A DNA stretch of 64,000 nucleotides, from the IMG/VR virus record IMGVR_UViG_3300042691_007361, positions 42,796 through 106,795 of that record. One strand, given 5' to 3'. The stretch's first letter is position 1, and each line of letters starts with the position of its first letter. Of the stretch, positions 8,253 to 20,200 are shown one piece after another. The stretch is from a virus. The notes beneath the pieces were generated by a model. That model was given only the letters and a program-made list of their open reading frames with translations. It was not told the DNA's origin and made no database searches. A program made the translations under genes and the position numbers.

Positions 8253-11200
8253 AGTTAAGGTTTTGGAATGTCTCTCTAGACTTGATTGCATGTATTGGGT
8301 CATAGTTCTTACCTCTGACACCAAAGATACCCCCTATGTGGTTCCATAGTTTATAGTCTCCTTCTTCCTGCCAGAAGTATGGACCAACATCTTGTTTATA
8401 GATTGCTGAGTCATCTCCTGTAGCCATGTGGAATAGGTCTGCCATTATCTTTAATGTGTTACCTATTATTGGTCCTGAAGCTAGGGAAGCTGGATTAATG
8501 AAGTTCATGAAGTCATCAAATCCTACTATAGGAACTAAGAGCTCATTCTCTGATTTTACTGCCATAAGTTGGTAAAGTAAGTGATTAGAAAAATAACCCA
8601 TTGCTCCCCAATCTTTTTCTCTTTTTCTGAGTTTGTTGAAACGGTCTTCATCATCATCATCATATCCAAAGATAAATCCAACAGCTAGTCCCATCATAGC
8701 AAGGTAAATACCTTCAGCTAACATTCTTCTAAATGCAGCTTTTTCTTTATCAGATGCCATTGGATAATATTTACCCATGGTTTTTACTGTTCTCCACATT
8801 AATTGAAGACCGGATATGTAGTAACCTTTTGTAAGGGTGTTCATGTTAAAGTCATAGACCTCTCCTCCAAAGTTTTCTTTAGAGGTATCAAATTGGAATC
8901 TATGTACAAACATTGGTAATGAGAATAGACGGTAGAAAGTAAAGAGTCTAAATCCAAGATACTTACTTGCCAGTGGTGTATCTAATTGGTCTATTAGACC
9001 ATTAAGTCTTTTACCTACTCCCTGTACCTTAAGTTTGAAGTCATTGAAGAGTGCATTCTCAGAGATGATAAGCTCATCTCCTTCTTTTACATCTGCCGGA
9101 TCTTCAATGTCATTCTTTTTCATCAAGTCCTCTACAGTAAGATTGTATTTCTTTGCTACTGACTCAAGTGAGTCACCTACTTGATATACATGGTTTATTG
9201 ATTGTACTCCATACTCAGGATCAATACCATCTTTAAGTTTAATCATACCTTTATCATCAAGCTCAAATGCATCTGAGTATCTAATCTTCTGTATATTCCC
9301 TGCTGAATCTGTTTGGTCAATGTATTTGTTATACATCATTCCCCAGAATACTTCAAGACCAGCTTCAACTTCAGCAAGCTTTCTAGCATCATACATCCAT
9401 GTCATATCTAACATGTCTTTAAGGAAACTTCTAGAAGCTGATTTACTGAAGTCTTTTTTAGTCTTACCTGTGATAGGGTCAAAGTACTCCATCATTTGTA
9501 TATCAAGAGACTTAGGTCCATGTGTATATATACCTTTTGTCATCAGCTGAATAGTAGCTGTATATGCTCTATACTTACCTAGAGCAAGTGACTTAGCTGT
9601 TATATACTCTGCTCCGGCTGCTTCAATCATAGACTGGAACAACATACCGTAACGGTTCTTAGCAGCAGAGACCATATCTAATGCAATAAAGGATCTACTT
9701 GTATTTCCCATAAGTGCGTTAGCTAGCTTAGTAACTCTTACATTTTTTTCATTAAACTCAGCATTGACTTTACCGTAGAAAGTTCTCTCAAGGAATTCAT
9801 CAAATGCTTTTGCTCTTTTGTTATCTCCTGTAGGTATAAAAGAGAGCATGCCTGTTGACTTCTTAATTTGCTTACTGATTCTGTTCATGTCTTTTATGGC
9901 ATTCTCAGAATTGTTAAGCACATCACTTATTAGTTTTGCTATAGGCTCAATTTCAGAAAGCTTCTTCTGTACAGTAAGTGACTCCATGTAATCATAGAAA
10001 CTTCTCAGGAAGTCCATTGATACATCTTGTTTCTTTAATCTATATAGACCACGTACAGGAATTCTAGTAAGTGGATTACCTAGTAAGTCAGTACCAATAG
10101 CAGTAGCCTCAGCATTGTAGTTAAACATCCATTCAGCAGCATCTGCAGTCTTTTCTTTACCAAAGAATCTTTGACCTAGTGTTTTTGCTGAGCTTAATTT
10201 ATCTTCTACATTCTCCCTGGCTTTACCAGACTGTACCATCTCTAGATTACTTCTATGAAAGAAGTTAGCATAGTCATAGTATAACTTACTACCAAAGCCT
10301 TTGTCATCCTGAACTCGTAGATACTCTTTCTTAAGCTCTTCAAGTAACTTATATGTTGGTGAATTAAGCTTCTTAAGATCATAGTACTCTTGATTCATGT
10401 ACTTATTATCATATGCAGAATCCTTTTTACCGGGAGTATACTCTTTAGGCAAGTAATTGTTTCTGTTATCTACAGTAACTCCAACAATCTTTGGTGTAAC
10501 ATATTCAGGTTTAGGAACTACTTTGTTGTATTTACCACCTGGAACAGCATATCTAATAATTTCTTTCCCTGTTATTGGATGTACAAGTTTTGTAGTCTTG
10601 TAATTCTCAAGACCGATTGGTTTAGCTACAGTCCATGCAGAAGTTCTAAATACTTTAATAGCTTTTTGCTTTATTGCAGGATCCCAAACTTCTTTAGTAT
10701 AATGATTCTGTATAAACCACTGGTCAAATGCTTCACTCTTAGTTCTTGCTTCTAGTATTTTAGGTGAGTTAATAAACTCATCTGCATTATCAATAGTAAC
10801 ATCATCAATACCAGTACCTCTTAAAGCATAATTAATTGCTGCTATATAGTAATCAGTAGGTTCTTTGTAACTAAGCTCTGATAAGTCTCTGAATAATACT
10901 CTTAGTTTCTCAAGCTCAAGTGGACCAAGACCCATATCATTCTTAATGTTGATAAGGTCATCATACTCTTGTCTTTCTGATTCACTAAGTGCAGGACCAT
11001 TATTGATTCTATCTTGGTAAGTTTTAAGCTTTTCTGCATCCTCAAGTGATAGACCAGACTTCTTATCAAACTGTGCTTCAAGATTTACAAGCTCTACCTC
11101 TATTTCTTTTACACGTTTTCTCTGCTCTTCAGTAAGCTGGATACCATTTACCTGACGGTTCTTATCTGTAGTCTTACCAATAATGTCATAGCGCTCTTCA

Positions 11201-14200
11201 ATAAGTTCAGCTCTACGTTTAGCAATCTCAGATTTTAATCCGGGCTTATCAGTAATCTGTCTTATCTGAGCAATTATATCTCTTCTAGTTTCAACATACT
11301 TATCAGAGTATGCTACACGCATATTCTTACGGAAGAATCTTTCTAGCTCCTCATTGAAGACATCAGGCTTCTCTTCCATAGTAATACCTTTGGCTGCTAG
11401 CTTATCAACGTAGTTATCAAGTTCTCTTTGTAAACTATCTACATCCGGTTCTCCTGTCATGAACTTTCTAGATACAGATCTGTAATGTTTCATTACAAGA
11501 GCTTTCTCTAAAGCTTCACCAGTTTTCTGAGTACCATCAGGATAGTATACATCATAAAGACTTTCATACTCCATCTTAGCTTCATCAGCAGCCGTAGCTT
11601 CAAGCATATCATCTCTATCTTCATACTTAATATTCTGAAGAGTATTCATCTTTTCTATAGCAGCTGCTCTTTCTAGGTAAGCTTGGAAAGACGTATCTGC
11701 ATTTACAACAACTTCTGATTTGGTAAATGGATTGATAAGCTTGTTATCTTGTGTCCAGATATTAAACTTCTCATAGTATTCATCTACCATTGGACGGTGC
11801 ATGTACTTCTTCTCAAAGTCAATAAGGTTCTTGTAAGCTTCTTTTACTAGAGTCTTATCCTTTTTATCCTTGGCATTCTCATACTCATTCTTCAGCTTAC
11901 CATAATCATAACGCCAGTTTTTAAACTTGTCATGATATGTAAACCTTTCATACTCTACCCACTCACCGGTTTTACTGTCTGTATAACCATCTTTATCAAG
12001 TAATAATAGTTGTTTACCAAGTGCGGCAACATTATTCTCATTGTATCCTGCTTGTCTTAATAGTGGGTCAAGTTTACTTGCTATCTGATCTCTTTCTCTG
12101 AGTAGTTCTAACTCAGTATTAGACAACTCAATTGAGATATCTCTTGCAAATGTTCCTATAACAGGGTCATCAATGTTCTTAATAGGAATAAGATTAGCTG
12201 CTATATAACCAATGTCTCCGCGTTCACCTTTCAAGAATGCATCATACTGCTCTCTTGTAAGACGTTTATCATTATACTGCTGAACTAATTTAGCAATGTA
12301 AGGCTTACGTTTTATATCAAGAGACAATCCTGCGTTATCAAGATTAAACTCCCGCATCAACGGTGCATTGACTACACTATCAATAAAGTCATTGATTGCA
12401 TCAGTAGATATGTTATCTGCTTTTAGTGCTTTTGTGATATCAGCTTTAAACTTTTCATCAATCTCTTTACCCATAGAGGCACCCTTCTTCTCAAAGTATT
12501 GTCCGGCAAATTCTTGTTCTATATCATTGATCTTTCTAATTGCATCATTTACACTAGTATTGATACCATTAAGAGTCTTTACAAAATCAGTTTCTTTATT
12601 TAGACCTACTGCTACACGTACATCCTCTACAAGTTTCTTCTGTCTGATCAAGAAATCTTTGAAGTACATTACCTTTGTAATCTCTTCTGTTTTAATCTTA
12701 CGCGGGTCACCACTTATTTTTCCTAGTGCCTTGTCAATATTTTCAACAAAGACTTCAATATGTGCTATTGAATTTACAAGAGCTAGAGTTCTTAGTCTGA
12801 ACTCTTCTTGCTGATCCTTCATTGCACTAATTGCATTCTCAGGTTTTACTTTTGTAGGATCATCGGATACAGTCTGGTATGGTCTTAAGTCTTCAGCAAT
12901 GTATCTTAAAAACTTGATACCCTCTCTACTTTCTAATAAATCTTTTAGTCTCTTTGGAGATTTACTAAGCTGATCAAGTTCATACATGTTTTCTGCATAT
13001 ACATTATTGATAGCTTTCTGTAACTTACCGTCCTCAACCTTTTGGAATTGAGAAACTATACTTGAGATATCTTTCTTAAACTCAGCAAAATCTGTTTCAC
13101 TAAATACAACATTATCAATTTGAAAATCCTCATTGACCATCATATTTGCTAAGTCATCTAGAGTAGTATCAACACTAAGTTTATCTAGGTTTACCTTACC
13201 AACCAGTTCCTTGATTAGTTTCTTTATAGCAAACAATATATTCTGAATGAACTGTTTGAAACCTTCTTCAGTTTCTGTTTGCTCATTTACCTTATTCATT
13301 GCTGCTTTTTCAAGAGCATTTACAATAACCTCTTCTTTAAAACGGTCACTCTCAAACTCTAGATTAGGATAGTTAACTACTACATTTTCAATAAGTTTAA
13401 CACCGGTAGCTGAAGTTCTGAGTTGATAATATAGTTTATCAAATAGACCGGGATTCATTTTTGCTATACCCTTAACAAGTGGGTGAGCATATTCATGAAG
13501 TACTAGTTCTGTAGAAAGTTTATCACCTACAAAGTATACTGTATCATTATAATAGAACGCAGCTTCTCCTTCATAAGGAGTTGTTGTATTCTCAAGTACT
13601 CTTGTTGCTTCTGCTGCACTTATCATAGTATAAGGTACACCAAATGCTTTTGCAAACTTATCTCCTAATCTTACTGCAATCTCCTTTGCCTTCTCCTTTT
13701 TCTGAGTTTCAGGGTCAGCAGCAAAGTTTTCATTGAAATCATTAACTTCTTCTTCATCTTGTTCTTCTGTAGTTTTAATTCTATCAGCTAAAGGTTTAAT
13801 TACTACTTCAACTGTATAGGCTTTTCTCTCTGATCTTGAGAGACTTATGACACTAGGAAACTTATCTGCCAGAGCTTCTACAATAGCAACATTAGGTTTG
13901 AAGATCAACTCTTCAGCAGCCTTTTGTTCTACTATAGAACCATAATTAGTAAATCCTCTTGTTACATAGTACTTACCCTTTAAAGGATGTATTACACCAG
14001 ATAGTAGAGATTGAATAGCTCTATCAGTAAGAAAAGGATTCACCTCAAATGCCTTCATAACATTTTGACGTACCTTCTGCTTATCATTTGTAAGCCAGTC
14101 TTTAACTTCTTTAGGAGTAGGATAATAGTACTCATCATTAGGACCAACCTTTCTTACAACAACTGAATAGTCATGTACAAACTTTTCAGCTAGGTCTGTC

Positions 14201-14256
14201 CCATATATATTTTCTAATGCCTTAAACTCTTTAAGACTTCTGACAATACACTTCAT
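8251..14256 (-). CDS. giant virion/ejection protein with zincin-like HExxH motif, LysM domain and C-terminal hydrophobic segment
   Basis: 2001 aa. LVLHEYAH...EE (13483-13497); LysM HVYQVGDSLESVAKKYNLTVEDLMKKNDI...GDELII; hydrophobic GIYLAMMGLAVGFIFG. Confidence 0.75.
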   Translation of the reverse strand: MKCIVRSLKEFKALENIYGTDLAEKFVHDYSVVVRKVGPNDEYYYPTPKEVKDWLTNDKQKVRQNVMKAFEVNPFLTDRAIQSLLSGVIHPLKGKYYVTRGFTNYGSIVEQKAAEELIFKPNVAIVEALADKFPSVISLSRSERKAYTVEVVIKPLADRIKTTEEQDEEEVNDFNENFAADPETQKKEKAKEIAVRLGDKFAKAFGVPYTMISAAEATRVLENTTTPYEGEAAFYYNDTVYFVGDKLSTELVLHEYAHPLVKGIAKMNPGLFDKLYYQLRTSATGVKLIENVVVNYPNLEFESDRFKEEVIVNALEKAAMNKVNEQTETEEGFKQFIQNILFAIKKLIKELVGKVNLDKLSVDTTLDDLANMMVNEDFQIDNVVFSETDFAEFKKDISSIVSQFQKVEDGKLQKAINNVYAENMYELDQLSKSPKRLKDLLESREGIKFLRYIAEDLRPYQTVSDDPTKVKPENAISAMKDQQEEFRLRTLALVNSIAHIEVFVENIDKALGKISGDPRKIKTEEITKVMYFKDFLIRQKKLVEDVRVAVGLNKETDFVKTLNGINTSVNDAIRKINDIEQEFAGQYFEKKGASMGKEIDEKFKADITKALKADNISTDAINDFIDSVVNAPLMREFNLDNAGLSLDIKRKPYIAKLVQQYNDKRLTREQYDAFLKGERGDIGYIAANLIPIKNIDDPVIGTFARDISIELSNTELELLRERDQIASKLDPLLRQAGYNENNVAALGKQLLLLDKDGYTDSKTGEWVEYERFTYHDKFKNWRYDYGKLKNEYENAKDKKDKTLVKEAYKNLIDFEKKYMHRPMVDEYYEKFNIWTQDNKLINPFTKSEVVVNADTSFQAYLERAAAIEKMNTLQNIKYEDRDDMLEATAADEAKMEYESLYDVYYPDGTQKTGEALEKALVMKHYRSVSRKFMTGEPDVDSLQRELDNYVDKLAAKGITMEEKPDVFNEELERFFRKNMRVAYSDKYVETRRDIIAQIRQITDKPGLKSEIAKRRAELIEERYDIIGKTTDKNRQVNGIQLTEEQRKRVKEIEVELVNLEAQFDKKSGLSLEDAEKLKTYQDRINNGPALSESERQEYDDLINIKNDMGLGPLELEKLRVLFRDLSELSYKEPTDYYIAAINYALRGTGIDDVTIDNADEFINSPKILEARTKSEAFDQWFIQNHYTKEVWDPAIKQKAIKVFRTSAWTVAKPIGLENYKTTKLVHPITGKEIIRYAVPGGKYNKVVPKPEYVTPKIVGVTVDNRNNYLPKEYTPGKKDSAYDNKYMNQEYYDLKKLNSPTYKLLEELKKEYLRVQDDKGFGSKLYYDYANFFHRSNLEMVQSGKARENVEDKLSSAKTLGQRFFGKEKTADAAEWMFNYNAEATAIGTDLLGNPLTRIPVRGLYRLKKQDVSMDFLRSFYDYMESLTVQKKLSEIEPIAKLISDVLNNSENAIKDMNRISKQIKKSTGMLSFIPTGDNKRAKAFDEFLERTFYGKVNAEFNEKNVRVTKLANALMGNTSRSFIALDMVSAAKNRYGMLFQSMIEAAGAEYITAKSLALGKYRAYTATIQLMTKGIYTHGPKSLDIQMMEYFDPITGKTKKDFSKSASRSFLKDMLDMTWMYDARKLAEVEAGLEVFWGMMYNKYIDQTDSAGNIQKIRYSDAFELDDKGMIKLKDGIDPEYGVQSINHVYQVGDSLESVAKKYNLTVEDLMKKNDIEDPADVKEGDELIISENALFNDFKLKVQGVGKRLNGLIDQLDTPLASKYLGFRLFTFYRLFSLPMFVHRFQFDTSKENFGGEVYDFNMNTLTKGYYISGLQLMWRTVKTMGKYYPMASDKEKAAFRRMLAEGIYLAMMGLAVGFIFGYDDDDEDRFNKLRKREKDWGAMGYFSNHLLYQLMAVKSENELLVPIVGFDDFMNFINPASLASGPIIGNTLKIMADLFHMATGDDSAIYKQDVGPYFWQEEGDYKLWNHIGGIFGVRGKNYDPIHAIKSRETFQNLN

Positions 14257-17200
14257 TATAGCTTACAATTTTTTAGGTGTTCAATATACTGTTCCTCTGA
14301 CATAGTATCAGCATACATTTCAAAATATGATTCAATCACATCATCTAAGTTACCAAGTTTTTGCTGTTGTTCAGCAGTCAGGGTATTATAAAAATCATCC
14401 AACATACTATAGTTACCTACTGATATTGCTGAGAAATCAAACCCGGATTCTTGAGCTGTGTTAATAGCATTCTTGTATGTATCAGGAATGTATTCAAACT
14501 CTATCTGCCATGCCTTATCAAGTTTTGGTCTTACTACTTTATTAAAGTAATCAGTTGACCATCCTTCAAGTTGTGACCATTGACTAGCTGTCTTACCACT
14601 ACCTACTAATTTGTGTAGAGGCTTAGTCACTTTTACTTTAAGAGAGTCACCGTTATCAGATACCCACTCAATAATATCACCTGTCTTAGCTTTCTTCCAA
14701 TAATCAAATCCTTTTTGATCTGAGTATCTTGTTGTAGCAGTTCTTTCTCCAAGAGCCACTGCTGCAATTGTGCTATCTGCAGTAACACCAGGACGTTTGT
14801 TATCACCATAAGAGAAGGACATCTTACCTTTGAATGATAAAGGTTGAGTAAGTTGGTTACTCATTGGCTTAAGGAACTCATTGAAGTTCTTTCTTGACTT
14901 AGCATATTTATCTGCTAGATCATTCATCTCTTCACCAGAGTGACCTTTAACCCAAGTAATCTTAACTGAACCACCATTAGCTTCAATCTTAGCAATTGCT
15001 GCTACTGCTTTATCAATCAAGTACTGAATATAAGGTTCTTTTGACTTCCATGGTTTGTCTGCACGTTGAAGTGATCCTTCTGAATGTTGCCATAGACCAT
15101 TGTAGTTAACAGCTCCGTTATAATCTTGATGGATAAACAAATGCTCCCCGGTATCTTGGAATGTTTCAAGTACTGTACTTAGTGCTAACATCTCCATTGT
15201 AGGATTACTAAACTTAGCGTTAGGGAATTTAGCTTGTAAATCTTTTACTGCTTCACCTTCTTGAGTACCTGAGAGACCAAACTCTTTATCTTGATACTTA
15301 TATACTGCACCAAATCCAATGTTACCTGTTCCTTTGATATCTGAACCATCAGAATATACTCTTATTGGTTCTTGTACTGTAGACATCTTAGCTGTTTTGT
15401 TTTCTTTAGCCTCTACTTTCTCTTCTTCAAAGAGGCTAAGTTGTTGATTATCACCCATATCCTTCTCTAATATTTCTGGTGATTCCTCAACTTCTGGAGC
15501 TTTTATATTGTTATCAACCCATAGACTAAACTCTGAGATATTCACAGGTTGATCCGTTGAGAAATCATGGAACAAGTTACTCAATTTATCAACATTAACA
15601 CCTGCCGTAGCCAGTCTATCTAGTATAATATTTAAACTTTGGTATGTGACATCTACATAATCATCATAGTCATCAGAGTATAGTTTTTGAAGATCAACAT
15701 TTTCTGGCACATCAATAATGGTTAGATCCGGATTTAAATCTTTAACCATTTGGTTAAACTCATTCTCTCCTAATTCATTAACAAGATTATCTATTGCTGT
15801 TCTTGTAGAAATTGTTTCTTCAAGTGGGAATGCAGTAACTTGATTTGAGTTAAATACTTTTGGTTCTACAACATAGTTTTTGAACTGTGAGTCACTCATC
15901 AAATTATTGTACACTTTAGATAAGCTAGCAGGGTTTAGATTATTTTGCATGAATGTACCAGCAGCACTACGCATTACTTCTAGATACATTGTATCATCAA
16001 GCGCTTTGTTGAATCCATATTTAGTATAACCTACACCATGTTGGTGGATCATCATTAGTGAGAAGATACGGAAGACATCACTTAGTCTTTTGTTATCTGC
16101 TTCTGATGATACCTTACGTACATTAACATCAGCTAACTCTCTAAGGTTCTGGAAATAAACATCACCTAGTTCTCCCTTAAGAATATTTCTATCATTAAGC
16201 TGAACTATCTTCTCTTTACCTTTATATGGTAATACAGATATCTGCCCAAGGATTGGATATCTATCTTTAAGTTGGGAGAACTCTCGGATAGTATTCATTA
16301 CCAAGTTAGTGTAAGAGAATTCATCTGTACCTACAATTGCATCTCTATTGAAAGTGTTTAATAGAGCACGTTGAGCTAAGAACTTTTCAAAGGCTGGAGT
16401 ATAGCTTTCACCTTCTGTATATATACTTCTTAGGTACTCTCTTTCAACTACATATCTATTAAAGGAAGCTTGAGATCTAAATGGGTCATCAGATACTTTG
16501 AAAGAGGTCAACCCTCTCTTAGTAAAGCTATCATTAGAGTCTGATGTTTTTAAATATTTTTTGTCAGTAAAGTCCCTGTTAAGCTGACCACGATCTACAT
16601 AAATAACTCCATCTTTATACTCAACTCCATTCTGAACTCCGGGCTTAATTACTATCTGTGAGCCTCTGTAATAGTCAGGTAATTCTGATATATTACCTTT
16701 AGAGTCAACAAAGTTAGACATGTAGTTTTGGAAGATGTAGTTAATCACAGCGTTATTAAACTCTGATGTAAATCTTTCCTCACCGTCCATACCCTGACCA
16801 AACTTTCTAGATATCTCAGTTTTGTTACCACCTAGTTTACTAGTAATAAAGTCTGATACTTCTTTGTTTAATCTTAATGGCATTACAGGTTCTACAAGAT
16901 CAAGAGCTAAGTCTCCTTGATAGAATGACCTAAGAATAGATTTGTTTCTGATTGCTTCTGGTAATTCAGGATCTACTTTAGATGTTTCTGTTGAATCAAG
17001 GAATGCTTGTTCTCTCTTTCTTACTTGCTGTATTGTCTTTAACAGTTTAGTATCTGGGTTAGACTGGCGTTTTACTGCCTCTAGACCCTTAATCTGTTTT
17101 TCTATTTCTAAGAAGTGTAAGAATGCTGCGTCCTGAATAGCTTTGTACTTAGGATTCTTTGGATCCTTGATGCTAGCTATTAGTGTTTCTTCATCAAAGT

Positions 17201-20200
17201 AACCTTTGTCATTAAGAATTCCAGGCTCGGATGTAGCAAGAACTGCAGCATCATATGCTGTGTCATTAGTTACAAGTGAACCAAATCTCTTATATAATAA
17301 GTTTTTCTTACTTACTTCTGCTCCTCTGTATATACTAACCACTTTTGCTGGTGTAGTTATGCCTTTTTGAATCGCAGTCTTCAAGTTTTTAACTAGAGTT
17401 ACTTGTGGTGCATTATCACCATCTAGAACTACAGAGATTGTATCATTATCACCAACCTTAGCTATTGCTCTGCTGTATGCGTTCTCATTTATCTGTTTAA
17501 GATATAATGCTCTTCTTTGATAAGGTATTCTTTTCTCAATTCTATTAGCGGCTTTGAACTTAGTAAAAGTAGCTTGAGGGATTTCTTTAGTAGCTAGTGT
17601 AGAGAATGTACTCTTAAGTAGCTTTTGATTACTTCCATACTCACGGATTGTAGGCTGAGATACAAATGCAATTGCTGTCTTCTCAGGTACTCCTGCTTCT
17701 AGTAAGTAGTTAAGGATGCTGATTGTTTCTAGGTTAGCTTGAATAAAGAATGCCCATGGATCTTTCTCAACATCAAGAAGACCATTCATGATATGAGAGT
17801 ATACGTCAGCAATTCTAGTACCTGCTACATTAACATTATTAGACAAAGAAATATGTCCGTCTATCTCAGCATGCGGTAGAAGTAATCTTGTTTCATAATC
17901 TCTCTCACCATCTACATACTTACCAGAGTTCTCATCAAAGAATGATTCTTTGTAAGTCTTAGGCATCTTAGCACCAATAGATTTAAAGATTGGGTGTTTC
18001 TTGTTTTGTAGAGCTTCAATACCTAGGGTATCTTTACCTACCATGTTTACATCATGCTTATGCAAGTTGTAACCTACTTCCAGAATACGGGTAGGGCTGA
18101 TAGCTTTTTTTCTTTTGCCACTATCATCAGCCGGACCCATTCTCTGTTCCTCACCATGCATATTCTTGTATCTGTTATACTCAATAACATATGGTTCAAA
18201 TTCATCTGCTGTACCTTTTACAAGGTGAGTTTCATTTGGACGTACAAGTGATGCAAAGTTTCCTGGAGTTGCCAATATATCTTTAGTAGCCTGGATCAAT
18301 TCATTCTCAAGTGCCTTCTTCTGTTTTTGAATTAGAGCTTTAGGACTTGGTTTTTTCATTCCAGGTTTTGGTTTGATCTTTTTAAGATCATCAATCTTTT
18401 GTTTTAACTCCTCATTGCTGATAGCTCCTGTTGCATACTCACCTTGTGTATTAATGTGAGGCATCATCCAGAAGATTTTATCAACGTCAAAGTCAGATCC
18501 TGCCTTAGCTACAATCTCTGTAGGTACAACAACTTTATTTCCTGCTGCTGGATCTAAGAAATGCCATACTTCACCAAACTCCATTGAGTTTAAGTTCTGA
18601 ATTGGAATACGTGCACCAGCAAGAGTAATTGCTTTACGGTTGTTACCAGTATCTAACCACTCATCATCTTTGATAGCTTCGTTTAGTCTACTGATATTAC
18701 CAATCTCTTCTCCTTTATATTGTAACTTAAGTAAGTTAACAAAGTCACCTTGAAGAGCAATAGCAATCTTCATTGCATTAGTCCCATCTTTACCTGGGTG
18801 ATATGAAGGAAGGTTGTTACTACCTAGATATTTCTTTTTATCTTTTTCTGAAGCTTTATCAAACTGTACTGTCTGATCCCAGAGACCATTGTACATTGTA
18901 CTTGGTACTTGTACTAATGCTTCTCCTTTTACCTTTTGTCTGATAAGTCTTTTAGTAAGTACAGACAATAGCATACGCTCAATAGTATCTGCTTCTAGGT
19001 GAAGTGATAAGTCAGTCTTTATGTTACCATTAAAGTCTACACCAATAGATCTTAACAAGTGATCTGGAATATCTCTTTTACCTAGTTCTTTTTGAATAAG
19101 CTCTAGGAAGTTCTTGATATTACCAATGTATTTACCATTCTTTTGCTCGTATCCAATCTCTTCAAGTATCTCTAACTTAAGTAAGTTAGTATACTGAGCA
19201 ACAACATCATCATACTTAGTTGCTAGTTTATCAAACTCAGGCTTAGTAATTGCTCCTTTATCAAATAATCCATCAAGGATTAATCCACGCAACTGAGTAG
19301 GGAAAGTAACTATTGTTTTGTATTTAGCATTGATATTAGTTACACTCTTAAGATACTCTAAGTAAATTGTATTCGGTGTAAGAGTAAGTTCTTTCTTAAG
19401 TTCTTTCTGTGTATCATCTGCAAAGATTACATCTGCTTTTCCATTAGATGTAACATTACCAACTTTAGAACCTGATTCATATGTTAGATACTGAATGTTG
19501 TTTCTCATCATCTCTTTATGAAGATGTTCTAATTGAGAACCAGCAATCTCACTAGGAATCAGCGGCATCAATGCAAACTTATGGAAAGATGTCAATGGCA
19601 AATCTGTATTTGCTAATGGTCCAAAGTTCTGTAACTTATATACCGGGAAGTAGTTAACTACATCAGATGCTTTTATAGGAACTTTATTTATTATTTTCTT
19701 GTAAAGCTCTTCTTGTTTATTACTCCATGCATTTTCTAGCTTCTTAAGTGTACGGTATGCATCAATACCAATTACACCTGCACCATCAGCCTCATTCATT
19801 TCTTTATAAGGCTTAAGTTCTTTTTCTAGTAGGTCATTTATCTGAGCTTCAGATTTACCATTTAGTTTATACTCTGCTCTAAGACCAGCTTCTATATCCT
19901 TAAGATAAACAGACGGGCGCTCAACATCTTTGACTACAGCAGTATTAAAAGTACCATCATAGTGAAACTTGTTGTAGTCATCATTCTTTTCTTCAGCGGC
20001 TACCTTAGATGCATATGTAACTCTCTCAATTATATTACCATCATCATCTACTCTATCTTTATTCCAGATATTATTAATGAAGTCTTGAGCCATTACATCA
20101 GTAAGGAACTTAGGTCCACCTGAAGTAGAACCTGTGTTACGCTTATGCATCTCTTCTTTAAGGTGATTGTACTGAGCCATATCACCATAGAATAGATTAA

